A stretch of DNA of 56,539 nt, counting the filler, from Sluysia triapertura (taxonomy: Eukaryota), in NCBI GenBank assembly GCA_046118255.1. It is 5 parts of 5 records of this genome, joined end to end, with 100 filler letters (N's around TTAATTAATTAA, not from the genome) between each part and the next. Parts side by side here need not be neighbours in the genome. Positions count along the whole stretch, not along the records: positions 34,103 to 45,668 come from JBJNIA010183346.1; positions 45,769 to 56,539 come from JBJNIA010193681.1; 3 more parts are not named here. One strand, given 5' to 3'. The translations under genes were made by a program, and so were the position numbers. The notes under the pieces are model-generated. The model made no database searches, was not told the DNA's origin, and saw only the letters and a list, made by a program, of their open reading frames with translations. Shown one piece after another: positions 34,998 through 47,959 of the stretch; within the stretch, counting starts at the first letter, position 1, and each line of letters starts with the position of its first letter.

Positions 34998-36429
34998 CGA
35001 ACTATTATTTTGAACCTTTAAAATTCGTAAAAACTCTTCAAGTTTCCAAAATTTTACTCTTCAATCCCGAATAAAACTTTAACAAGAAAAAACTTTATTT
35101 CAATGACGAACAATCAATACAATTTTGATTATAAATAAAAGAAATTCGCACAGTGCAGATTAGGTTTTTTATAGAACATCAGTTAAAATGATTTCTGATA
35201 TAATTAACACAGAGTTTAAATCATCAATAACTTACAGATACAAAATTGTTCTTTGGTGTAATTTTATAGTAATAATGTCACTAGACCAATTATTCCATTA
35301 GATCCTAATTTAAAATCTATGATTGTATATAATCGATAATCTTTGTCGAAAAAATCTTCTGCAACTGGAATCAATCAAAAAATTACAGCTTCTATATTTA
35401 TATTTGATTTTATATTGTGTTTTCAGATGTGTTTATATATTTTTTTCGTTTAATAATTATCCATGATTGCATATGTATACAGTTTTAATAAGTTAGACTA
35501 ATACTAAATTGTTAATTAATCCATACATAAATATGTAGTTAAAATTATAAAATATAAATTATTAATGTTAAGTTTCTGCGTATTAGTACAATATATAAGA
35601 AATAGTGATGAATTGAAATAATTATAAATAGAAATTTATAAATTTTTTGCATACATTCATTTTCAGTACACTATCAATCAGTAATGCAATGTCTAAATTT
35701 TTATAACTATTCGACATTCGTCATTTATTAATGTCACACTTTATATTATTAAACTTTTCAACATTTAGTTTATTTTTTGATATTTAAATTAAAAAAATTA
35801 GATTAAATTCAACATTTACAAGCATATTAAATTTAAAAATTTACACAATGATTAATGATAAACTCAATGACAAGATGTACAAAAACACAAAAAATGTATT
35901 TAGATAAAACAAACGTCCAATTAAGATTCTGTGTTATACTTTTGAGTAATTTTCAGTTAAAATATGAAGTTTTGCTTAATGTGTACTACATTATTACTAC
36001 AATAGACGTAACAATAGCTTCAATAATTCATGGTGACATACTCAAGAATATTGAAGGCCTTAAATATATTTATGGCACATTTTACTTACTACCTATTTAA
36101 ATTTTCTAATAAATTTAAAAATAGTTATTGTGAAGTCTGAAGAATTACTTAAGATTTATTTTAAATGATGTATTTGTATGATTTATTCGCATATGCACAA
36201 AAATACATCGGCATAAGTGTCGCGACAGGTGATAATAGTTACATATAATTAATTATCTTGATATCGAATTTTTACATATGATGAATTTTAAAATGTCAAC
36301 AATTTAAACTTAACTTCAAACTTAAGATTCAAAAAAGTGTCACCTATTCGTAGTCTAACGTGGTCTCAGTGGAAATGACTTTCAGAAAGGAAAATCACTA
36401 TTGCACATGTTATTGTATTTTAAATTATA

Positions 36430-36960
36430 ATGTGTAACGTTTATCAGAGAAGATCTTGAAGTAGATTATAACGTTGATTGGTACAAATGAATACAAAGAA
36501 CGAAAGAATCAAATCAGTATATTTTTGACTTAAAACGGCTAGCTTTAAAGGCTTTTCCAAATTTTAGTCACGAGCAGTAGTTGTGCAATAATTTTTGGAT
36601 GGATGCAAGGAACCAATTCGATCAGAGTTATTAATTTCTGATGCTACGACTTTGGATGATATTCAATCAAAAGCTACTAAAATGGAATCAAAATTATCTA
36701 TTACTCCGTTTAAGACTAGTTTTATGGTTTCCGATATTGAGCTAATAGAACGTCACGATATTAAAATATCTACTACAGCGCCTGGTAGTAGTTATATACC
36801 TAAAAATAATTTTTCGGATAGATGTCGTAGTAGACAGCGTTGAATTTAAATCAAAATAAAATTGTTAAATAACACTAATACAAGGAGAAATGTTTGTTTA
36901 GAGTAAAATAGAATTTATATCAAACTAATGCAGAAGGCGAAAACGCCTTGGATTGCGCTA
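36430..36960 (+). pseudogene. Retrotransposon gag-like relic
   Basis: FLDGCKEPIRSELLISDATTLDDIQSKATKMESKL resembles the C-terminal capsid region of Ty3/Gypsy gag. Confidence 0.55.
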
Positions 36961-36988
36961 GAAGATCTAAACGACAAGAATAGTACGA

Positions 36989-37566
36989 TTGTTAGAAAGT
37001 GTTAGAAATACTGCAAAAATGAATAAGCCACTGAACGATGGAGTTTCACCCTCTTTTGCTACCCAGAACACTAATTTTAATGATAACAATAATAATGAAT
37101 GTGAAGTTGATGTTAATAAACTAATTGAGTCACAATTGAAAAATGTGTTACAAAATAATGAAGTTTTGTTAAATAACGAAAAAGTGCATGATATATTTGT
37201 GTTAATAGATATAGTTCCTTCCATTGGAATTACTTATGAATTACGAAAAAATCGTTCATTTTTTAATGGAACAAGTAAAATTCCCACATCCATATTGTAT
37301 GAAAGCTAAGGACAAGCGTGGTTGTGGAGTGACAGTTAAATCTTTGCCAATTTTGTTAAATTATGAAAATAATCTTCATGCGTACAATTACCCAATTATA
37401 CTACATGACAAGATGCTATGGTATTAGCACGTTCAATCTTTAATTTACTAAATGGTGAAATCACAGTTATTATCAGAAATGACATAGTGATGACATATGA
37501 ATTAATAATAGAGTGTGGATGTTTGTCATTTCGATTAAATAGAGTAAAAAATTCAATTTTTAGGTG
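36989..37566 (+). pseudogene. Decayed orphan ORF
   Basis: Overlapping ORFs 36989..37309 and 37224..37427 suggest a frameshifted gene. Confidence 0.3.
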
Positions 37567-37846
37567 AACAACATAGAGATTAAATATATAGTTGTTGTGG
37601 TGTGATATAATATCTATTGAAAGTCATATACTTAAATTTTAATTTCATATAAAGATAAAAAATTTTATCAAAGACACCACAACCAATGTCTTTTTTAAAT
37701 ACAAATTTATTAAAAAATCAAAAATTTTCTTTAAATAATCAAAATTAATGACCAAAAACCAATAGCTAAAAGATTTATTTGAATTAATCAAAATTTTATT
37801 ATGATAATCTCGTAGATGCTTTTAAAGAAAAGAGATGTTCCATCAT

Positions 37847-38497
37847 CTAAATAAAAATCAAAAAAATAATTAAATCACAAGAATCATAAAATTCAATTAC
37901 TTTAGATTTGTCCATGCTGTTAATCATTAAAATACTTGTTGTGCTTACATACTTTCTCCGTTGCGAATTAACTTGTAAACAGTCGACACGAATTCTGATG
38001 TTGTCTTCAAGGTTCAGTGAGTATCGGTATTGTAGAGCCGCTTGGTTTACGTTTACGCAGAGGTTCATAAGACCATTTGTTATTATATGTTGACGTTCGT
38101 TACTTGACTTTTATATAGTGTGCTTATATCTGTTATCATTAAAGTTTTAGTCGAATAATAGTCTAATATATACATAAACTAATATATACACATCTAAAAA
38201 ATTCTTGTAAACTCTTAAAACGTTCTTCAAACACAAAAACAACCATTTTTTGAGTTGAAGAGTTTGATGGTAGTATGAGCACTCATCCTTGTACAAATAA
38301 GAAACAGGTTCAGGAACATTACAAACTTTGTCATCACCATTTGGAACATAGTCAATCGTTGTACAATCCATCGAGCTGTCACAAATTATAAATCTGTTTT
38401 TTACTGTTGATGCTAATAGTGTACTGTTGATTCTACTGCCGCTGCGTGAATTGAAAAATATTATGAAAATTGTATTTCCTTGAAAGTTTTTTAACAA
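37847..38497 (-). pseudogene. Orphan ORF fragments in a co-oriented array
   Basis: ORFs 38147..38497 and 37847..38068, coding-like composition. Confidence 0.35.
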
Positions 38498-38738
38498 AAA
38501 TTAATTTAAAATTTTCAAAATTTAGTAAGAAATGGAAATAAAATACTAAAACTATCTATTTTTATAACATTGAGATAAAAAATAATTTTTTTTCTACATT
38601 GTTTCCGTAATTTCTGAATGTGTTCATACATTTGGCTAAAAATATACAAATATAAAAATTGACTTAAATCAAAATAAATCGTAACAAAATGTAAAATTAT
38701 CCATGGGTCATCCTGTATCACTGAATCTGATCGGACAC

Positions 38739-39275
38739 TCATAGAATTAAACTTGCTGATGTTGGCAGTACTAATTTCCAGTCCCGCGTGTTAAATATAA
38801 CTCCAAAGGTTGCTAAGAGAGAATTTATTCTACCATAATGAGTACTGAAAATTGTTGGATAACTAATGACATCATGGCATTTATAAACTGTTTGGCAATA
38901 TCTGCAATTCTTGCCATATTTTGAACATTCTCCAGATTGAGTAGTTATATATAGACGAAGGCCTATCTTGTAATTTTTATCGTCATTGATGTTCTGTGCA
39001 TTATGATCTAAAGGTTTGTTACCATTGTAGAAAAGTTTAAAACGGTCGATTTTTGATGTTTCATTCGACAATTCTGTCCTTACTGTTAGTACTTTATTCG
39101 TAACGAAAACTTTATCAAAATCTACCATATTTGTAATAACTAATTTGTGAAACATTGGAATTATATTGATATGAGTCTCCATAACCTGAACATCAACTGT
39201 TACAATTAATCTATCTATACTTTTAACAAAAAATAAATCTGATAACATGACTTTTCTGTGATTTTTACAAATCAT
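38739..39275 (-). CDS. Orphan Cys-motif protein (ECSKYGKNC), paralog of 2990..3571
   Basis: 178-aa ORF with an internal paralog in this window; acceptor tactcacctcAG just upstream of the ATG. Confidence 0.7.
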   Translation of the reverse strand: MICKNHRKVMLSDLFFVKSIDRLIVTVDVQVMETHINIIPMFHKLVITNMVDFDKVFVTNKVLTVRTELSNETSKIDRFKLFYNGNKPLDHNAQNINDDKNYKIGLRLYITTQSGECSKYGKNCRYCQTVYKCHDVISYPTIFSTHYGRINSLLATFGVIFNTRDWKLVLPTSASLIL

Positions 39276-39346
39276 AGGAAACTCTTTCGACTGAGGTGAG
39301 TAAAATTGTATAGTTAATCTTCTTGTACTAATATTTTGTACTTGTG

Positions 39347-39577
39347 CTAATGTAACATACCATCTAAAACTAATTTTTCATTTATAGTTAAGTCTGACCT
39401 AGGGATTTTTATATTTACTAGATTATTATTCTGGTCTTTAACATATTGCAATATATTACATCTATCTACAAATCTACTATCTTTTATTTGCTTTACGTTA
39501 GCAACACACTCGGTTCTTAAATTATCTTTTTCGTTAAAGCCGAGTACTATATTTCTATCAACAAGTTTAACTAACAT
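39347..39577 (-). CDS. Hypothetical protein
   Basis: 76-aa ATG ORF with globular composition at the head of the array. Confidence 0.45.
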   Translation of the reverse strand: MLVKLVDRNIVLGFNEKDNLRTECVANVKQIKDSRFVDRCNILQYVKDQNNNLVNIKIPRSDLTINEKLVLDGMLH

Positions 39578-40259
39578 ATAAAATGGGACACATGATATTT
39601 TATCTATAAATATCGAAATTTGTTTTTAAACACAGTATTTATAATTTGCCTTTTATCTTTATTTATCACCTTGAAGTTGTATTTGTCTCTTTACAACAAT
39701 GCTTATCTTTTTGTCACTTTTTTAAAATTATGCTGAAAATAATAATTTTTATTTCTAACACTTTTGTGATTTGTACTCAGTAACTATCATTGGTTGTTCA
39801 ATCAGAACGAGAGACAATAATGGAAATAGTAATAATATATTTCGACTAAGTGACTATCAATATAAAAATAGAATTGATTGGACTTCCAGTATTTAGAGTG
39901 ATAATGTACATGTTAATGATGACGATAATAATAGAAATAAGATTGATTGAACGTCAAATCAAACAAAAATAATTGTGAGACAATTAGTACTAATCAATAG
40001 TACTATTAATAGTACTAATCAAAAAGAATTACAAAGCTGTCAAGGATGACAGTATAGATAGTGGTAGTAACCACACAAACAACAATTTTTATTAAAAGTA
40101 TTGATAATTATAGTAGTTATATAAATAAACTAAATAATGATTATAATAAGGTAAAATATAAAAATAAAAACACATCTTTTCTCTTTCTGTAAATATAATC
40201 TGTCTTTCAATGACTTCCTCTTCTTAACATATTATTTATTTTGCTTACTAGTATAAATG

Positions 40260-40720
40260 TTATTCTGAAATGCGATAAAAATATGATTTTAAAATGTTTT
40301 GAGTGGAATTAAAGATTGAGTGTTTAGGGTTATAAACTTAAAGTATTTTGAATTGATTTGAAGATGTCTATTCGTTGATTTAAGATATAGTTGTGATTCT
40401 AATGTTATAAGGTAATGAGTAAATGTTTTAAATAAACGTTTAAATATACATTGATGCTTTGAATATCGTTACGGTTTGGATGTTAATAGATTGTGGATTT
40501 AAAATGTTTTAAGATATGAAAAGTGATTTTAGTGAATCTGAAATAAATGAAATATGAAAAAGGTTTTGATAGTTTCTGAAAAGGTAATTGTGCAATGTTA
40601 ACTAATGTTATGAAATTATTAGTTAAAATGTTTTTAATGAATTTTTAAATGTACTTTATTAATCTGAAAGTAACTGTAATTTTAATATTACAATGTTATG
40701 AAATAAAAATGTTTTAAAAT
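40260..40720 (-). mobile_element. LTR-like family A body
   Basis: Reverse complement of ~1150-1600. Confidence 0.6.
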
Positions 40721-40775
40721 GACAAGCTAGTTAAGGTATTAAAAGGATTGAAAGCAAAGTGTATATAAAAAGGAG

Positions 40776-41170
40776 TGTGGTGACCAACCCTATAATTTGA
40801 AATTTTGTAACACAACGGACGATGAAATCATTCTTCACAACATTTTACAAGGCTTTATATCATCAAACATTTCCAACATAAAATTTCACATCACTTTAAA
40901 TACTTTTACATCTAAATCTTTTCATATTTTGTCTCTTTTACTTTCAGTAAAACCTTACCACAATTTTTCAAAACATTTCATACACGTTCAGACCATTTAA
41001 CCTATAATTCATAACATCAGAACCACAATTATATTTAAGAGCATTAATCTACAATTTAAAGTATTCAAAATAACTCAATTCACAAACTCTCATCATTCAA
41101 ACCACATTTTACATCTCAAACCATCAATGTATATATTAAAAATTCACTTAAAACACTTTATTCATTATTT
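40776..41170 (+). mobile_element. LTR-like family A copy preceded by a purine tract
   Basis: AAAAAGGAG|TGTGGTGACCAACCC. Confidence 0.6.
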
Positions 41171-41379
41171 CATATATTCGTTTGATATTATTTTTGAATG
41201 TCTGTGGACAGACATTTTCTTCGGGGATGAGATGTTGGGATTGTCCAGTTAATGTATAGAAAATAGGTTTACAGGTAAGAGAATTTACAATATATAAGAT
41301 AAAGTGAAATAAAATAGCTGAAATATGATAATATAAACATAATTAAATATTTTTATAGCAAGAATAATAAACTGTAAAG

Positions 41380-41780
41380 TGTTTATAATTATTTTGAAAC
41401 CGAATAATACTCTGGAGTTCCAAAGACGTTTGCAGGGTATGAGACTCTTATGAAGTCTTGAGTAAGGTTTGGAAACATGTTTTGAATTATGAAGATACCT
41501 TTGAACTTCTGAACCTTAGGATAATTTGAGATCTTGTTGATCTGTTGGAACCTTTTAAGACCTTAATAAACTTTTGAGATCTTCAAGTAACTTTGTAAAG
41601 TAGAAGAAAAAAATGAGAGTTGATTATTAATGGAATTGTTTTGTTTTGCTTGACATGTACCAAAGTCGTTTTAGTCGGTTTAATCTTTAATAGAGGTTTT
41701 GATGATTTGTCTAAGAGCAATTCCTGATTGTGAATGTGGAAATGATTTTATGACATACACGTATAAAATAGAACATTTAG
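41380..41780 (-). repeat. Dispersed repeat family B copy
   Basis: Reverse complement matches 8205-8410 and 14820-14920. Confidence 0.7.
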
Positions 41781-42461
41781 GCATTTTAGGCACTCAAAAA
41801 AGGTAGACAACACTCACAGGTGACCACGAAAAGAAAATCCATGCTTTTGGTAAAGTTTTTAAATTTTTGTTTTAAATAAATATTAATTTTAATAAGGGTT
41901 ATTTTATAATATTTTAGATTTTATTATTGATCTGGTTAAAACACATTTTTGTTTTAAAATATTTTTTTAATATATTGTGATAATACTCTAAATTTTATAC
42001 TTCTTGATTTAGCTAAAGTAAATTATATTTTTGTTTTTGGGATTCGCCCTCACATTTTGTAAACAATTTTGTTATTTTTAGGGGATTCATTTTTATTTAA
42101 TCTAGATAAATAATATTTAATGTTTTAGGAATCCCCATTTGAAGTAACTTTGTAGCACATGATTTTAAATTGACATTTTTGTGTACTAACTAGATTACTA
42201 TTAAATTGCACAAATTGTTATTTATGGTTATCATAGATTTAATTTTTTGGTAATTGTTAGAAATTTCAGGTAATCAACTTTTTGTTGATTGTAAAATTTA
42301 ATAAATTATTGGGTTTTCTTGATTTCATCATTTGATCTATATTACTAGAAAAGGACTTATTATTGCAATAAGAATTATTATTAGTAATATTTTTGTGACA
42401 TTTTAATATAAGTGCCAACAATACTAGCTTATGTACCAGTTATCAACTCATGAAAGTCGAT

Positions 42462-42491
42462 GGAATGTTCTAGAACATTCGAGAAGCTTCT
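42462..42491. promoter_or_regulatory. Heat-shock element array (6 perfect units)
   Basis: GAAtgTTCtaGAAcaTTCgaGAAgcTTC; flanks are homologous to 17780-17930. Confidence 0.7.
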
Positions 42492-42723
42492 ATTCTATTT
42501 TTAGAAATTTTCTTTTTTGGAAAATAATTATTTTTAAAGTGAATTTATTTAATTGATTTTTAAATAATTTTAATGTATTTTTTGTTTTTTTAATAGGTTA
42601 AAAATTAAAAATTTCAATAAGTTAATGATGCAAGAGATTTCATCACAACCCTTCAAAATTAAAGAAACTAAAAAAACTGATTAATTTTCCAAAAAATGAA
42701 AATCATGTTTCTAAAATAGAAAT

Positions 42724-42753
42724 CGAAAGTTCTAGAATATTGCGGAATTTTCG
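42724..42753. promoter_or_regulatory. Heat-shock element array (5 of 6 units perfect), inverted copy of the same repeat
   Basis: GAAagTTCtaGAAtaTTGcgGAAttTTC. Confidence 0.55.
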
Positions 42754-45593
42754 AGGATTTTAGCTGTGATTGGCTAGTTACAAACAAGATGTGTCACAAT
42801 TTAGTATAGCAATTTTAGACAGTTAATATTTAAGAATGGCATATACTGCAGCGATGGCTTCTCTGCACACTTGATCTTATTAAAATGAGAATATACAAAA
42901 ATCCTATATATATACACAAAATTAATTACTTGGGTTTTTCCTTTTAAATGAATTTATATAAATTTTACCACTTGTAATCATTCTTCAATTCTAGTTTTTT
43001 TAGATATGAGAAAATAATTGAAATAAAATTATATACATATATTCTTTGTCCTATTTTAATTATAAGTTTAGAATATTAAATAATAATTATCATTAGAAAT
43101 AAATTGTTTCGTTAGCTGGGGTTCATTTATTTCGAGGATACTAAAAGTAAGATTCGACACAATAAAGCATTATTTAGAAATTTATGCACTTCCATTTATT
43201 ACATCAGAGACGAGTAATGACTCAAACTTCTCGTATAAAAATTCATATTAATATAAAAGAATATAAAATAAAAAATTGTAAGCTCAAATTAGGATAATAG
43301 AATAGATATTGACAAAAGTACAAAATTGCGATTCAAAATATAAAATAAATTTACTACTAATATATTAATGAAAATTTTTATGATGATTTTAACTTCTTTT
43401 TAAAATGAGGTTAACAAACAGGAGCAGAAATATAATAATGATTTTAATTGATTTTAAATATCCCTGAAATTGAATTCCTTTTTAAACTGTAGTGAAAAGG
43501 CGCTATGAAATTTAGAAAGAATTGATAATAAAAACTTTATTAACTAGGCTAAATAATATTTTTTTCAGAGTGTTACGAATCTATACATCATATAAAAATA
43601 TAAATAAATATTAATATTTAAAAGTAAAGTTTTTTTGATGATTTTGATACACATTTAAGGTTTTTTGAATGTGCATCAAAATGAAGGGTGTAAAAAACTA
43701 TATGAATAAAACTAACGATATTGTGAGAATGTATTTTAGTAAAATTGATAAAATCTTCGAATTAGCTTTGCAACTGCAAACATTTTATTTATTTGTTACT
43801 TAGAGAAGGTGAATTTGCGAGTTCATGTATTTCTGTTGAGAAGAGTTTTTATAAATATTATAGAAAATATCAATTTTCCAACTGACCTTATTTTTATTTG
43901 TTTATTGTCAACTTAATTCTTTTGTTACTATTGTGTTCCTTATTCTTATATATTTATTAATGAAATGAAATTTACAACTCATCTCGAGTACTTTATAATA
44001 CCGCAATTATAATCTCAGATAATTAACAATAAACACTAGTATATTGTATGATACAAAACTATAAATAAATTTCGCAACACTTTTCTCAAAAATAATACAA
44101 ATACTACTATCATTTAAAATACAATATTAATATTTAATAAGGCAATATATTTTAAAGATTGATTTTGATACTAGATTTATTCTAGTAGAAGCGCACGAAT
44201 GAGTTTAATTATAATTTAATCATTATCTTATGTAAGGAAAATAGTGCAAGTATTTCTTTTAAATCTTAATCTTACTTACAAAATATCGAAGGAGTCGGTT
44301 TATACGATTTATACCACTGTTGGAGACGTATTATTAGGATTTTTATTTATATTTAACTTAAGACTTCAACAATTAACTTCTTAAGGAATTTCTCAATTGA
44401 TCTCTGAATTTCATAATTGCGCAACCCGTATTAAGGTGTTGCTTCAAAAAAATAGTTTATTCAAAAATTAATAAAACTTAACCCACTAAAGTTTATTACT
44501 TAAATAAGAAGATTTTACAACTGAAATTTGCTTACACTCAGTAAAATAGAAAGATAAATTATAATAATAATAATAAGATTTTAATCTTTACAACTCAACC
44601 TTGGTTGGTTGTTACGAAATTTATAATAATATTTCGCAACCCTTCTTAAGGTGTTGCATAAAATAAAAATAGATTTTAAGTGGATTTTTTGATTCCCTTG
44701 CGGTGAATCTCCTTAAATAAAATAAAATTACTTGTGCATGGAATTTTTGTGGATACAAATTAACAATCTTCTGCGATTAACAATCTACTATAAAATTTTG
44801 TTCCTAAAAGTTTTAATCTGCCTGAAAATTTTTTATTTCTGAATTTCTAAAAATTCGCTTTCTTATTTATACTGTGATTTTTTGGTCATCCATTTTAATT
44901 CCAATAATTTAATTAAACAAGATTAATTCCAGATTGTTCCAAATCGTAATATTTTAAATTTATTAATACTTTAAATTTATTAAATTTTCTTTTAAATTTA
45001 TTTATTAATTTTTTAAAATTTATTCCTAATTTTTATATTTTTAAAAATTTTAATTTATTTAAATTTCTTTTAATTTATGTTTTGGATTACATTAAATTTT
45101 CTTCTACATTTATTTATTTATTAATTTTATTTATTTTACGATTTTTAATTTATTTATTAAACTTAATTATAATAAAAGTAATATTAATACAAAATTTACA
45201 AAATAAAATACTATAAGAGTGATTCGGGCAATAGTATACAACATGCGACCTTTTGTTTTCAATGAAATAATCGATTTTTAAAAATGAATCATTTTCTGGA
45301 AATTTCTGTGAACTATCCGTTAGATAATCGCAGAAGTCACTATCAAGTTACTTGTTTAATTACAACGGATGTTTTGATATCATTGGTTGTAGATCCACTA
45401 AACAATCACAAACTGTATTTAACAATTAGACTAATCAAGAATCGCAAACATTCTTTTGTGTCGCTTTTTATATTCGATTAACTAGGTGTGTTACACATTA
45501 TTTGCAAAATGTCGTGCCTTAAAATAATGTTTAATTCACAAGATGTCACGCCTTTAATTATATTTTTTTGTATTAATGGGCGTTACTCTTAAA

Positions 45594-45660
<67 letters not shown>

Positions 45661-45668
45661 TTATTATT
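45594..45668. repeat. (TTA)n microsatellite
   Basis: Direct reading; at contig end. Confidence 0.95.
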
Positions 45669-45768
45669 NNNNNNNNNNNNNNNNNNNNNNNNNNNNNNNN
45701 NNNNNNNNNNNNTTAATTAATTAANNNNNNNNNNNNNNNNNNNNNNNNNNNNNNNNNNNNNNNNNNNN
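45669..45768. other. Artificial contig linker
   Basis: Same pattern; the preceding contig ends in (TTA)n. Confidence 0.98.
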
Positions 45769-45844
45769 TATATGGAGGAGGGGGTCGTTTAAAATTTCCT
45801 AAGCTTGAAGGGGGTCGCTATATAAAAAAGTTTAAGAAGCCCTG
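45769..45844 (-). mobile_element. hAT-type transposon terminus (contig edge)
   Basis: Minus strand starts CAGGGCTTCTTAAACTTTTT with repeated CGACCCCC subterminal motifs. Confidence 0.65.
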
Positions 45845-46026
45845 CAATAGATCATTCTACAATTTATTCATGTTTCATTCAAAAGTTTATAATGGGTTTT
45901 AAGTCCTTTTGCTATAATTTTATTTTAATTGAAACATTTATGATGGATCTTAAATCTTTATGTAATAATTTAAATTTCGAACATATTAAATTACAACAGA
46001 TGCATACAAAATTGAAATAATAAAAA

Positions 46027-46820
46027 TGGATTTGCCAATTTTTTTGCCAAAGTAATTACTAACAAAAGAAATTTCTATTTGGACTTAAAATGAATAAACT
46101 TAAACTGACGATAAATTTCAGAATTAAATTTTATAGAAGAATTGTCGTCCGTTTATTCTGAATTCGATGATAATGAAAATTTAAATTTAGAAAATATAGT
46201 TTCTAAGGAATTGGATGATTCTGAAAAAATCTCAACCAAAGGATTCTATTTTATGTATTCATCAATTAAGTAAAATAAATAATAAGTTGAAACGTGATAA
46301 ATTGACATATGATAATGGTTTAGTAACATGTTGCACTTGAAGTCATTATTTTACAATTGGTATAAGTTGTGGACCAACATATTTTTGATATGAAACAGGT
46401 TTTACAAATATATGTCAGTTCTGGAGAAAAGGTCAACAATCGGACTTGAATGAATACATGATATGTGGGGCATAAGCATCTAATCCAAACCGAGATTGTT
46501 CAGAATTGCGTTTGTATCGGTTGTGCAATTTCCAATATAGATTTTCTCGAAGATACTATTAAAGGTGTGCATGTGAACACACAATAATCAATATTCCACT
46601 TTGGATTCAAACACGGTATAACCAGCACATCAGCAAATGCAAAAAAATTTTAGTGGAAGAAAAATTGACACATTTTGGTAAAAATATGTCAATGAACATG
46701 TTCTACACCTGTACCAAATACATGTGATAATAATAATTTCCTTTTTAGTAAGTTTATGTTTATTTATTATTACCATAAATTTAATTGTATTATGATTTAT
46801 GTATTTGCTTCTCATGGAAT
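46027..46820 (+). pseudogene. Decayed Cys-rich protein with hydrophobic C-terminus
   Basis: NGLVTCCT*SHYFTIGISCGPTYF*YETGFTNICQFW...MICGA*ASNPNRDCSELRLYRLCNF; several stops. Confidence 0.45.
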
Positions 46821-47421
46821 TATAATTTTTTGGGTTTTAATATAACATTATGCATAAAACAGCAAACATTTGAGAAAAGGTAATCCAGTAAATATAAAAA
46901 ATTCTTTGGTCCAATGCAGTTAAAGATTAGTGAGATTCTATATATATTTTCAATTATTTCATAAATAAAAAAATATTAGACTCCTTTCAAAAGTTTACAT
47001 AAAACTCAAGCTTTACATTTAATTCAAACACAATTCACAGTTATAATTAAAAAAATTATATTTGGAAAGTTCTATTTGAGAAATTGTGAAATAATTTATT
47101 CACTCATTATTACATTTTGCATAATCATAGAGTTATGAATAATTATCAATAACCTCAAGTTGAATTTCCTAATATAGTACTTTAGCCTATGGAAATGTAA
47201 TGTTATACGAAGAATAACATGTTATTTCATCTGATGCAATGGAAAACTTACGTACTATCGAAATATAAATGGTTAGACTATGGTGAGAGGTATAATTGAT
47301 TATCTGAAGGGTTGCGACATTGTAATTGCAAAACTGTTGTGTTTGACAGTTAATATAATTAAAAATGTAAATAATAAAAATAATAATCAATAATGATAAT
47401 AAAAATGTAAAATGTGGATCA

Positions 47422-47426
47422 TAATG

Positions 47427-47481
<55 letters not shown>
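47422..47481. repeat. (AAT)n microsatellite
   Basis: Direct reading. Confidence 0.95.
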
Positions 47482-47483
<2 letters not shown>

Positions 47484-47665
47484 TTAATAATAAAATAAAA
47501 ATTAATAAATTCTTCTGTCATAACATATATTCTTCTTTTATATATTTTTTTCTTAAACATTTCTTAATATAACAATAATAATAATTATAATACAATAATA
47601 CAATAAAATTCTTTACATAAATTTCTTTTATCTTTCTATATTTCTCTGTCCTTGAGAATATAATT

Positions 47666-47948
47666 TGTTACGTAACAGTTCTGCTTTACAAAGATTAGAT
47701 AAAATGAAGCTTTGGTGATAAAAAGGTAGAATGAAGCGAAGTGAAGGTTGTGAAAGAATACGAAAGAGTATAGTAACAATGTTGAAGGTGTTAAAGGAAA
47801 TTCCATTTTCATCACTATTAAATTTGAATTTAAATTACATATTTAATGACTAAATATAGAATAAATGGTTAAGATGTTGCAAAGTTAAAAGCTTTTGTTT
47901 ATTATAATGTTTATTATAAAATTTTAAATAATAAGGTTGGTCACCGCA
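47666..47948 (-). mobile_element. Short LTR-like element, family A
   Basis: Minus strand reads TGCGGTGACCAACCT...GTTACGTAACA; homologous to 10706-11020. Confidence 0.6.
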
Positions 47949-47959
47949 ATTTCAAAAAA

